Shown here one piece after another: positions 35,517 through 43,113 of a stretch of 44,861 bases of DNA (the first letter of the stretch is position 1; every line of letters starts with the position of its first letter). A model generated the notes under the pieces. That model did not search any database. It saw only the letters and a list, made by a program, of their open reading frames with translations, and had not been told where the DNA came from. Source of the DNA: Micropepsaceae bacterium (GTDB lineage Bacteria > Pseudomonadota > Alphaproteobacteria > Micropepsales > Micropepsaceae). The position numbers and the translations under genes are program-made. The stretch covers positions 1 to 44,861 of the forward strand of contig DATARE010000591.1 of the NCBI GenBank assembly GCA_036264295.1, written 5' to 3'.

Positions 35517-36482
35517 TCATGGTGCGCTTTCGAACATTTTCCGCAAGTCCGCTTCGTTGACTGCGACCGGATTCTTCTCGAGCAGCTTGGTCACATAGCC
35601 CTGTTGGCTGTCCTTGGATTTTCGCTGGCGCAGCATGACGGCAAGCGACTCTTTCACCTCGGCTAGCGGCCGCGGCGCTGCCGGTTTGGTGGCGACGAGG
35701 CGCACAATGTGCCAACCCGCGGCCGTTCGAATGGGGTCGCTGATCTCGCCCACAGCCATGCCCACGATTTCCTTGCGGATTTCCGGAGCAATCTGCTCAC
35801 TTGCTGCCCAGCCCAGATCGCCGCCTTGAGCTGCGCTGGATTTGTGCTCGGAGCGGGCCCGCGCGACATCCTCGAATTTGACATTCACGGCCTTTGCTTG
35901 GCGAGCCAGATCGTCGGCCTTTTTCTTTGCGGCTTCTTCTGTCTTCTTGTTTGCTCCTTTCGGAGAGGCGAAAAAGATCTGCGCCAAGCGAAACTGGCGC
36001 GGCGCCATGAAATTGTCGCGGTTCAGATCATAGGCGGTTTGGATATCGGCCGCCGACGGATAGTCCTTGGGAAGCGTCGAAACGGACGCAAGATAAGAAT
36101 TCACGATCACATCGTCGCGCGCGCGCTCGATCTGTCGCGCCACATCGGGGCGAAGCTGCCAATTCTTGGCGCGCGCCTCATTCAGCACGGCAATGCGTGC
36201 GAGCTCAAGACCGATCAGCTTGTTCATCGTTTGCGGATCAGCTATCGCCTTCTTGCGCAATTCCGGATCCAGCAGGCGAACGAAATTGGCCAAATCGGCG
36301 GCATGGAATTCGGTGCTGCCAAGACGCGCGATGACTGTAGGATCGCTATCGGCGGCCCTTGCCTGCGAAGCCCCAAAGCAGCAGGAGCATATGAATGCGC
36401 CAAGCAGACAGAGAATCGCCAGCTTGGCCGGATAAAACCATGGATCGGAGTGCCTTGCTTCCATGAGGCATTCCTTCATCAT
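35517..36482 (-). CDS. Periplasmic parvulin-type peptidyl-prolyl isomerase (PpiC/SurA-like)
   Basis: 321 aa with a signal peptide/anchor (LAILCLLGAFICSCCFGASQARA) and a SurA-N-like helical region. The PpiC domain reads SSAAQGGDLGWAASEQIAPEIRKEIVGMAVGEISDPIRTAAGWHIVRL. Confidence 0.85.
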   Translation of the reverse strand: MMKECLMEARHSDPWFYPAKLAILCLLGAFICSCCFGASQARAADSDPTVIARLGSTEFHAADLANFVRLLDPELRKKAIADPQTMNKLIGLELARIAVLNEARAKNWQLRPDVARQIERARDDVIVNSYLASVSTLPKDYPSAADIQTAYDLNRDNFMAPRQFRLAQIFFASPKGANKKTEEAAKKKADDLARQAKAVNVKFEDVARARSEHKSSAAQGGDLGWAASEQIAPEIRKEIVGMAVGEISDPIRTAAGWHIVRLVATKPAAPRPLAEVKESLAVMLRQRKSKDSQQGYVTKLLEKNPVAVNEADLRKMFESAP

Positions 36483-37192
36483 CCCGCCGGACGCGCAATC
36501 ATGTTGGCACGCAATTTGTCTTCGTAGTCCTGCATCAGGTTTTCGATCTCGACACGCTTCAGCTTCGTGAAAGGTTCTTTGGCGCCAAGGGCTCCAAACA
36601 CATCCTGCCGGCCGTAGACGTCGATGAGGTCCTTGCCGAATTTGTACAGCTCCGTGTTCTTGGCTTCACAGGCCGTAGCGCGGGTGCGCGTCTGCACCAG
36701 CAACTCGTCGAGCTTCTTGGCATCGTCGTCGCGCATGCGTGCCGCCGCAGCGGCCTCGTTATAGGAGGTTTGCCATTTCGCCAGATTGTCGCGATAGGCG
36801 GCTTCCATCGAAGCGAGCCCTTGTTTTTGCGCTTCGAGCTGAGCGGCGCTTTGTCTGGCGGCCGTCTGCAAAGCATCCTGGCCTGCCTTGAGCTGCTGAC
36901 GGAGCGCGTCGCGCTCTTTCTCCGCTGCGGCGAGTTGCTGTGTCAACGCCATGCGATCCCGTTCGGCTTCCGATTGTTTGGCGGTCAGCATCGCATTCTG
37001 GTCTTGCAGATCGCGAAGCTGCACGGTGGCGGACCGAAACGCGGCACGCAGCCGGGCCGCGCCATCGTCGCCTTCAGGCGCGGCAGCCGCCAATCCGCAA
37101 ATGCCGCACACCGCAATCGTCCCGGCCGCAAAAGCGCGGCGCCATTCAAAATTGCGCATGGACATCCACCCATAGCGTTTCGACATCGTCAC
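36479..37192 (-). CDS. Secreted coiled-coil protein of unknown function
   Basis: 237 aa. The GTG start overlaps the tonB TGA (GTGA) and the stop overlaps the PPIase ATG (ATGA). Signal peptide (AAGTIAVCGICGLAAAAP), then ~130 aa of heptad-like Q/A/E/L/R-rich sequence (LRDLQDQNAMLTAKQSEAERDRMALTQQLAAAEKERDALRQQLKAGQDALQ...) and a short globular end. Coding status is supported by the coupling and by sequence composition. Confidence 0.5.
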   Translation of the reverse strand: MTMSKRYGWMSMRNFEWRRAFAAGTIAVCGICGLAAAAPEGDDGAARLRAAFRSATVQLRDLQDQNAMLTAKQSEAERDRMALTQQLAAAEKERDALRQQLKAGQDALQTAARQSAAQLEAQKQGLASMEAAYRDNLAKWQTSYNEAAAAARMRDDDAKKLDELLVQTRTRATACEAKNTELYKFGKDLIDVYGRQDVFGALGAKEPFTKLKRVEIENLMQDYEDKLRANMIARPAG

Positions 37193-37893
37193 CCCACACC
37201 CGGCAAGGCGCCGACGCGCACGATCACGGGCTGCGGCATTTCCTTGGGCGGCGATTCCGGCAGCGGCGGCATGGTGCCGATGGCTTGTTCGATCAGCGTG
37301 TCAATCTGCGTATCGCCGGTCGTGCGCAGCACCTGAACTTTGTCCACCTTGCCAATCGAGGACAGCCACACGCGGATTGTGGCGCGGAACTTGTTGGAGT
37401 TCAGTTTTTCGTCGTCGCGCAAGCGCTTGCTGATCTGATCCTGCATCAGCGAAGCGTAATGGCCAAAGCCATTGCCGCCGGTCCCGCCTCCGCCTCCGCC
37501 AATCGTCTGACCGAGCTGCAGCGCCTGGCCCCCCGGCTTGGCGCCAAGGCCGAAGGCATCGCTCCCGGCGCTGCCCTGCGCGTCCAGCGCAAGCGGGGCA
37601 TCGGGCGGCGGTGCGTCGTCTTTGGGTTTGTCATCCGGCGTGGGTGGCGGCTCGATCTTCTGCTCCACCATTTTGGGCGGCGGTGGCGGCGGTTCTTCCT
37701 TGGGCGGCGGCGGTGGCGGCGGCGGGACCAGCTTCAACGCCATCACTTCGGCGACACGCTTTTTCGGACCGGCATCGCCATTGACCACGCGATAAACGCC
37801 ATAGCTCGCGGCGAGGAAGACGAGCACAACCGCGCTTGCGACCATATAGCGGCGCCATTTTTCGCCGCTTTTGGATTCCGGCTCCAGCATCAT
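37189..37893 (-). CDS. tonB: TonB-family energy transducer
   Basis: 234 aa with an N-terminal TM (YMVASAVVLVFLAASYGVY), the Pro-rich spacer PPPPPPPPKEEPPPPPPKMVEQKIEPPPTPDDKPKDDAPPPDAP, and a TonB_C-like end (RATIRVWLSSIGKVDKVQVLRTTGDTQIDTLIEQAI). Confidence 0.8.
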   Translation of the reverse strand: MMLEPESKSGEKWRRYMVASAVVLVFLAASYGVYRVVNGDAGPKKRVAEVMALKLVPPPPPPPPKEEPPPPPPKMVEQKIEPPPTPDDKPKDDAPPPDAPLALDAQGSAGSDAFGLGAKPGGQALQLGQTIGGGGGGTGGNGFGHYASLMQDQISKRLRDDEKLNSNKFRATIRVWLSSIGKVDKVQVLRTTGDTQIDTLIEQAIGTMPPLPESPPKEMPQPVIVRVGALPGVG

Positions 37894-38294
37894 TTCACGA
37901 GTCTCTGCGTCACGAGTCCCAACTGCGTGATGTCGTGCCTGCCCATCATCGCCAGCACGTCGATGACCACCTTATATTGCACGTCGCCGTCGCCCTTGAT
38001 GACATAAGGCGTTTCCGGATCGACCGATTTCTGCTGCACCAGCCGCTGCTCCAGCTCGTCCATCGTGACGGGATAGGTATCGAGAAAAATTTTCCCGTCA
38101 TTGGTGATGGTGATGGCCTTGGTTTTCGGCTTGGCGAGACTGGGTGTGTCGCTCGCCTTGGGCAGATTGACCTTGATGCCCTGAACCGAGGCCGTCGTCA
38201 TGATGATAAAGATAACAAGCAGCACATAGGCCAGATCGAGCATCGGCGTGACGTTGATGTCGTCATAGGCTTTGGCGTCGGCTTGGGCTTTCAT
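37890..38294 (-). CDS. exbD: ExbD/TolR biopolymer transport protein
   Basis: ORF 37890..38351. ATG 38294 lies 4 nt after the exbB stop. INVTPMLDLAYVLLVIFIIMTT and the periplasmic domain are typical of ExbD. Confidence 0.9.
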   Translation of the reverse strand: MKAQADAKAYDDINVTPMLDLAYVLLVIFIIMTTASVQGIKVNLPKASDTPSLAKPKTKAITITNDGKIFLDTYPVTMDELEQRLVQQKSVDPETPYVIKGDGDVQYKVVIDVLAMMGRHDITQLGLVTQRLVK

Positions 38295-38298
38295 GGCG

Positions 38299-40128
38299 TC
38301 ATTCCGCCGCCAAGCGCGGCGCCTCAGCCTCCGGCGAATAGACCTCGGCAAGGCGCGTGACGAATTCGTCGATAAAGGCGTGCAGTTCGGTGGTCACGTC
38401 TTTGATGCGCGTGATCAAATAATTGTAGCCGAACAGCGCCGGAATCGCGACTGCAAGACCGGCAACGGTGGCCACAAGCGCCGCTGCAATTCCCGGCGCG
38501 ATGGCGTTGATGTTCACGTCTCCGCTCGCAGCAATCGCGGCAAAGGTAATCATCACGCCCACAACGGTGCCGAGCAGACCCAGAAACGGTCCGCCCGAGA
38601 TCGCAATCGTCAGCAGCACCATCATCGAGTTCAGGCGTTGCCCTTCATAGGCGGCAATCCGATCGAGATTGGCGCGAATGGTGGCAATGGCTTGCGGCGT
38701 CAGCACCTTTGGCCCATGGGGGGCCGTTCCGAAACGCCGCTGGAGCTCGGCCTGCCCCGCATCGCAAATGCGATACAGCACAGAATTGCCGATCCCGCGG
38801 GTTTTGCTGTTGGCAAGCTCGGCCGCCAGCCGCATCGGATCGCCGCCGGCCCGCGTGAAGATTTCGAGGAACCGCGAATTGGCACCCGCCACCTTGGCGA
38901 TGTAACGGGCCTTGCTCACCATCACGATGACGCTGATGGCCGCCATCACCATCAGAATGCCAATCACGACCCAGCCATCGATCGTCACCGAGCGCAGGAT
39001 CACGCCAAAATAACCGCCGCTCCAGCCGGCGTTTTCTTCATCCTGGCCATAGGCGATCATGGGGCCGTTTTCGGCCTGGCTCGCATAGGCAGCGGAAATG
39101 AACGAGGCGCTGCGGGCGGTCTTGGCCAGCTCAAGTTCGTCAAGATCGCCGGCAAATCCATTGCCAACGGCCGTTGCGGCGCGAGCTGCCTGTCCCGCGG
39201 GGGCGGGCGCAGGCATCACGTTGTCGCCGCCGACCGAACCCGCCCCGGCCAGAGCAGGCAAACTCGCTGCAATCGTGGCGGCCTGCTTGCCATCGACATA
39301 CAACGTCAACCGGTCCGATACCGAAACCGCGATCTGGTGCCAGGTTGCCGGCGAAATCGGCGCAGCTGCCGCAGCCCGTGCAGTATTCGCGCCGTTGACG
39401 ACGCTTGCATAGGGCGTGCCCTGGTCGATTCCGATGACGAGCGCATTCGCGCCGTCGCGTTTGGCGAACAGAACCGATTGCGTCTGAACCGCATCGGGCT
39501 TCACCCATGCCGACCAGGTGAAGCCGCCGCCCGGCGCGATGGCCAGCGATGGCGATGCCGGCAAGGCCAGTGGATTGGTGCCGTCGAAATGGATGCCACG
39601 GCCGATGATCGACGTGTCGACCGACTTCACGGGTGCCTGTGCCGCGTTGTTGTAAGCCGTCTGATCGCGCGGCGCCGCATTGGGCTCGCCGAAATGATAG
39701 ACCAGCGTCGTATCGTTGTCGTAGGTGCCGCGCGGATCGGCCCCAGCCGGCGCTTTGGTGTTGCCGTAATAGAGATAGATTTCTGTCGTGCCGCCCGCTT
39801 TGACGGCAGGCACATCCACCCAGACCAGCGCGATGCCGAGCAAACCGTCATAGGTATCGATGTGGAATTTCAGCGGCGTCTTGTCGTCGCCGGCGACAAA
39901 GCGAAGGTCGCTGCCATCGTCCTTGGCATCGCTGAACTTGAAATTGCCGTCATGCAGCCGAACCAGAACAGGCGCCCGCGCCAGATCTTCGGCAATACCG
40001 CCGCCCTGCGGTCCGCCATTCAGCGTGATCTTCTTGCGATAAGACCAATCATCGCTCCACCAGGCTTTGGCGCTGTGCGGAACCAGAAGCGCGGCCAAGA
40101 CAAGCAGGCAAAGCATTCGTCTGAACAT
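38299..40128 (-). CDS. exbB: DUF2341 + LamG (concanavalin-like) periplasmic module fused to a MotA/TolQ/ExbB proton channel
   Basis: ORF 38299..40179. ATG 40128 has GAGG 6 nt upstream. Signal peptide MFRRMLCLLVLAALLVPHSAKA. DUF2341 pattern WWSDDWSYRKKITLN...APVLVRLH...GSDLRFV...ALVWVDVP...IYLYYGN. LamG-like block FTWSAWVKPD...WHQIAVSV..RLTLYVDGK. The C-terminal ~230 aa carry 3 TM and the ExbB signature (GPFLGLLGTVVGVMITF...IAPGIAAALVATVAGLAVAIPAL). Confidence 0.85.
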   Translation of the reverse strand: MFRRMLCLLVLAALLVPHSAKAWWSDDWSYRKKITLNGGPQGGGIAEDLARAPVLVRLHDGNFKFSDAKDDGSDLRFVAGDDKTPLKFHIDTYDGLLGIALVWVDVPAVKAGGTTEIYLYYGNTKAPAGADPRGTYDNDTTLVYHFGEPNAAPRDQTAYNNAAQAPVKSVDTSIIGRGIHFDGTNPLALPASPSLAIAPGGGFTWSAWVKPDAVQTQSVLFAKRDGANALVIGIDQGTPYASVVNGANTARAAAAAPISPATWHQIAVSVSDRLTLYVDGKQAATIAASLPALAGAGSVGGDNVMPAPAPAGQAARAATAVGNGFAGDLDELELAKTARSASFISAAYASQAENGPMIAYGQDEENAGWSGGYFGVILRSVTIDGWVVIGILMVMAAISVIVMVSKARYIAKVAGANSRFLEIFTRAGGDPMRLAAELANSKTRGIGNSVLYRICDAGQAELQRRFGTAPHGPKVLTPQAIATIRANLDRIAAYEGQRLNSMMVLLTIAISGGPFLGLLGTVVGVMITFAAIAASGDVNINAIAPGIAAALVATVAGLAVAIPALFGYNYLITRIKDVTTELHAFIDEFVTRLAEVYSPEAEAPRLAAE

Positions 40129-40163
40129 GGGTAGCCTCAGCTGTGATCCGGCCGTCGTCATCG

Positions 40164-41900
40164 CTAAAACCCCGACCAAAGGCGAAAATGGACACGCGTT
40201 TCACTCATCCGGGTCACGGCTCCATCAACCATAGCCACGGCCACATCGGCGGCGCCGTTGAGGCTGTCGAAGGCGCTGAACCGTGCACCTATGCCCGCGC
40301 TGGCCAGCGAGAACGAACGCTTCTCGCTGGGCAGCGGCTGATGAATCCAGAGCGCACCGCCATCCACGAAAGTGAGGAAATGCAAATCGGTCACGGCGGA
40401 CGACACCGCCTTTCCGAACGAGGGCGTGCGGAATTCAATGGTTCCCATGGTGCCGTAATCGCCAAGCCGCTCGGCTTCCAGGTAACCGCGTACGCTGTTG
40501 GCGCCGCCGGCGCTCAATTGCTCGCTGCTGAGCAAGGGATCGTTCGTCATCTGTGCCTGAATGCGCCCGAAGATGCTGTAGCCATTGCCCATCGGTTGCT
40601 GCCGGCTGACATCGAACTTGGCGTAGACATATTGCCGAAGGGCGCCGAACCGTTGGGTATCGAGTTTTTCGCTGTCGCTTCCTGCAGGCAGCGCGAAATT
40701 GAGTGAACCGCCCGCTTTGGTAATGAGATCGCCGTCCTGCCATGTCGCCGAATAGGCGAGCGATGCGGGATAATACAGAACCGTCGAATTTGCCGGCGTG
40801 CCCGAAGTGATCACGTTCTGGGTGAGATTCTTGCGGTCGATGCCGACCGTGAACGAGTGATAGAAATTCTCACTGGCGGGCAGATTCACGATGCCGCGCA
40901 GGCCGAAGATCGTACCCCGGCCCACCACATCGGTGCCGGCAAGCGCTGCCACATCGCTGTCGGATTTCACGCCATAGGCGAGCACGCTCAGCGGCGTGCC
41001 TTCCACCGGCCACAGATAGTTCGCGGAATAGACCTGCGCGTCCGACGTCTTCTGAGGCGCCACCTGATAGGACAGGCTGAGACTGTGGCCTTCCTGCCAG
41101 AGGTTGTCGTAGCTGACCGTGCCGGCAACGCGCAAAGGCTCGGTTTTTTGATTGTACTGATTGTTGATTTCGATATTGCCGTGCACCGGCAGCTTGTCTT
41201 CGACTTCGAGATCGACATCCACGGTGCCCGGCGCCTGGCCTGCCTTCAGGCGCGGCGTCACCTTCAGATCGGGCTGGCGGTTGAGCGCGACAATGTCGTT
41301 TTGCACCGCAGTGCTGTTGGTCACGGTGCCTTCGGCAAGGGAAGGCGCGGTTTCCCGGATGCCGGTCAGCGAGTGGAATTTGGATCCGACCACGCGCAAG
41401 CGCCCGACAGGATTTTCCACCACCTGCAGATGGATGACGGTGCTTTCGACACCCTGTTCGGGAATGAGCACCTGAACCGTCTGAAAGCCGCGCATCTGAT
41501 AGGTTTTTTCGAGCGCCTCGCGGGCCATATCGACATCGGTGGCATTTCTCTGCTCGCCGAGAAACGGATAAACCGCTTCTTCAATGGCGGGCGTATCCAG
41601 CACGGTGTTGCCGTCCACGACATATTCGAAGATGTCGAAGCGCTGCGCCGCCTGATTGGGATTCGCGTCATTCTGGGCAGCAGGCTGGGCGGCAGGCGCG
41701 ACCATTCCCGCCTGCCCCGAAGCGGCAGATGCATTCTGCGCCATCGCCGAAGGCGCGCCGGCACAAAGCCCCGCGCCCAGCGCGATCATGAGCCGCTGCA
41801 CAATTGCCGATGCGTAAGACAAAACCCCTCCACCCCGGAAAGGCCAAACAGGCTGTTCCGGTGCGTCTACCTTTTGCGTATTCAATTCGGGAAGGCTCAC
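40164..41900 (-). CDS. TpsB outer-membrane transporter (ShlB/FhaC/HecB family, Omp85 superfamily)
   Basis: 578-aa ORF from GTG 41900. A more likely start is GTG 41825 or 41801, which gives the signal peptide (M)QRLMIALGAGLCAGAPSAMA. POTRA region FDIFEYVVDGNTVL...VYPFLGE...DVDMAREALEKTYQMRGFQTVQVLIPEQ...VIHLQVVENPVGRLRV, and a 16-strand-type barrel with GGANSVRGY and a terminal aromatic (LWSGF). Confidence 0.9.
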   Translation of the reverse strand: MSLPELNTQKVDAPEQPVWPFRGGGVLSYASAIVQRLMIALGAGLCAGAPSAMAQNASAASGQAGMVAPAAQPAAQNDANPNQAAQRFDIFEYVVDGNTVLDTPAIEEAVYPFLGEQRNATDVDMAREALEKTYQMRGFQTVQVLIPEQGVESTVIHLQVVENPVGRLRVVGSKFHSLTGIRETAPSLAEGTVTNSTAVQNDIVALNRQPDLKVTPRLKAGQAPGTVDVDLEVEDKLPVHGNIEINNQYNQKTEPLRVAGTVSYDNLWQEGHSLSLSYQVAPQKTSDAQVYSANYLWPVEGTPLSVLAYGVKSDSDVAALAGTDVVGRGTIFGLRGIVNLPASENFYHSFTVGIDRKNLTQNVITSGTPANSTVLYYPASLAYSATWQDGDLITKAGGSLNFALPAGSDSEKLDTQRFGALRQYVYAKFDVSRQQPMGNGYSIFGRIQAQMTNDPLLSSEQLSAGGANSVRGYLEAERLGDYGTMGTIEFRTPSFGKAVSSAVTDLHFLTFVDGGALWIHQPLPSEKRSFSLASAGIGARFSAFDSLNGAADVAVAMVDGAVTRMSETRVHFRLWSGF

Positions 41901-41901
41901 C

Positions 41902-41923
41902 GATGGACCGCGCGCCGTCCATC
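41902..41923. repeat. Near-perfect 22-bp palindrome in the tpsB upstream region
   Basis: gatggaccgcgcgccgtccatc equals its reverse complement at 20 of 22 positions (7-bp perfect arms GATGGAC/GTCCATC). It lies between a Pho-box-like repeat (41932..41949) and the probable tpsB start. It could be an operator or a 5'-UTR stem-loop. Confidence 0.4.
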
Positions 41924-41999
41924 CCGGTTCTATTTACATTCTGTTACACTTATATGTCGCCGCACCGCATCCAGCGATTCCGTCCACCGGAAAATCAAC

Positions 42000-42356
42000 T
42001 CAGCGCGACGGCGGGCCACCGACGGGATTGACGAAAGTACGGGCCGGCGGACGCTGCGGTACCGGAGATACGCCATAGGCATTGCCCATATGCTCCCGGG
42101 CGGCGGCATCGTTGAACGTGCCCACCTGGTTGGATGACGAGTGCGCGTCAATAGGTGCGGCGATTTGCGGCGTGCTGCGCTCGTGCTCGACCCGGCGCTG
42201 CATCTCGTCATTGAGACAATTGAGATAGGCCGTGCGGTCATTGCCGATCTGCACGTCCACGCAAGGTCGTTTGTCATTGGAAGCCGGCGCATCGGCACCT
42301 TGCGCCTGCGCCGCAATCAAGAGGGTTGCAACTATCGCAAAGGGTGCAAAACGCAT
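42000..42356 (-). CDS. Small secreted protein, unknown function (118 aa)
   Basis: ORF 42000..42368. ATG 42356 lies 4 nt after the gspO stop. Clean Sec signal MRFAPFAIVATLLIAAQAQGA. The mature part has one Cys pair (KRPCVDVQIGNDRTAYLNCLN) and a Pro-rich tail. No family recognised. Confidence 0.45.
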   Translation of the reverse strand: MRFAPFAIVATLLIAAQAQGADAPASNDKRPCVDVQIGNDRTAYLNCLNDEMQRRVEHERSTPQIAAPIDAHSSSNQVGTFNDAAAREHMGNAYGVSPVPQRPPARTFVNPVGGPPSR

Positions 42357-42360
42357 CGCA

Positions 42361-43113
42361 TCACCCAATTGTCAGCGGCCCATAGAGCCACACGATCCAC
42401 GTGCTAAGACAAAGGAAAGTCCCAAATGGCACGCGGTTCGTTAAAGACAGTGTACCACCGCGCGTTCGCTCGACCAAAGCAAAGGCAAGACCGGCCAGGG
42501 CGCCGATCAGGATCACGCTGGGCAGGCCATTCCATGACAGCCAGGCGCCGCTCGCTGCCAGAAGCTTGGCGTCGCCCAGCCCCATGCCCTCGCGCCGGCG
42601 CCAGTGCCAATAGACATAGCGAAGTGCCACGACAAAGCCGTAGGCCAGGACGGCACCAATCACATTGGGCAACAGCGCCGGTGGATTGAGAATCCACGCC
42701 ACCAACAGCCCTGCCGGAACGAGCGGCAATGTCAGGAAATCCGGAAGCAGGAAATATTTGAGATCGGTTGTGGCGAGCGCCAGAAGCGCCCAACCGAAAC
42801 CGCAGCTCACCCACAGAAGCCCGTCCGAAAACAAGGAGGCGGACCACAGCGCGATGCCAAGAGCGCCCAGTTCAATCAGCGGATAGAAGGCACCGATGGG
42901 TTGCGTGCAAAAGCGGCAGCGTCCACGCAGAAGCACCCAACTCATGACGGGTACGAGGTCGCCTGCGGCAATGCGTGTTCCGCAGCAGGCGCAAACCGAA
43001 CGGCCGAACACGATGGCGCGCGGGGATTCGACCCGGGTCACGATCACGCCGAGAAAGCTGCCGATGAAAGGGGCCAAAAGAACCGGCCAAATCCAGGAGC
43101 CGAGCCCGATCAA
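42361..43113 (-). CDS. gspO: Prepilin peptidase / N-methyltransferase (A24 family, GspO/PilD)
   Basis: ORF 42361..43443, but the first ~110 codons are Arg-rich and overlap the GT4 gene. TTG 43113..43111 overlaps the GT4 TGA (TTGA) and yields (M)IGLGSWIWPVLLAPFIGSFLGVIVTR. It has the Zn-finger DiS-P-DiS motif CACCG...CRFC and the catalytic Asp motif GMGLGDAKLLAASGAWL. Confidence 0.85.
   Translation of the reverse strand: MIGLGSWIWPVLLAPFIGSFLGVIVTRVESPRAIVFGRSVCACCGTRIAAGDLVPVMSWVLLRGRCRFCTQPIGAFYPLIELGALGIALWSASLFSDGLLWVSCGFGWALLALATTDLKYFLLPDFLTLPLVPAGLLVAWILNPPALLPNVIGAVLAYGFVVALRYVYWHWRRREGMGLGDAKLLAASGAWLSWNGLPSVILIGALAGLAFALVERTRGGTLSLTNRVPFGTFLCLSTWIVWLYGPLTIG

Noticed and set aside
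38295-38351. The upstream extension of the exbD ORF (MPRSIRRRLRRRAWRRNDA) and of the exbB ORF (40129..40179).
   Set aside because: Each overlaps the preceding gene or lacks an RBS. The downstream ATGs (38294, 40128) give canonical N-termini, and for exbB a GAGG RBS.
751-42137. Other long mirror ORFs opposite well-supported genes (751..1791, 4357..5913, 8486..10006, 32378..33352, 33902..34858, 36940..38007, 38272..40134, 40857..42137 on plus; 16174..17385, 21288..22226 and similar out-of-frame ORFs on minus).
   Set aside because: This is typical high-GC stop-codon depletion. The compositions are Arg/Pro/Gly-biased and no family motifs appear, and each overlaps a gene with strong family signatures.
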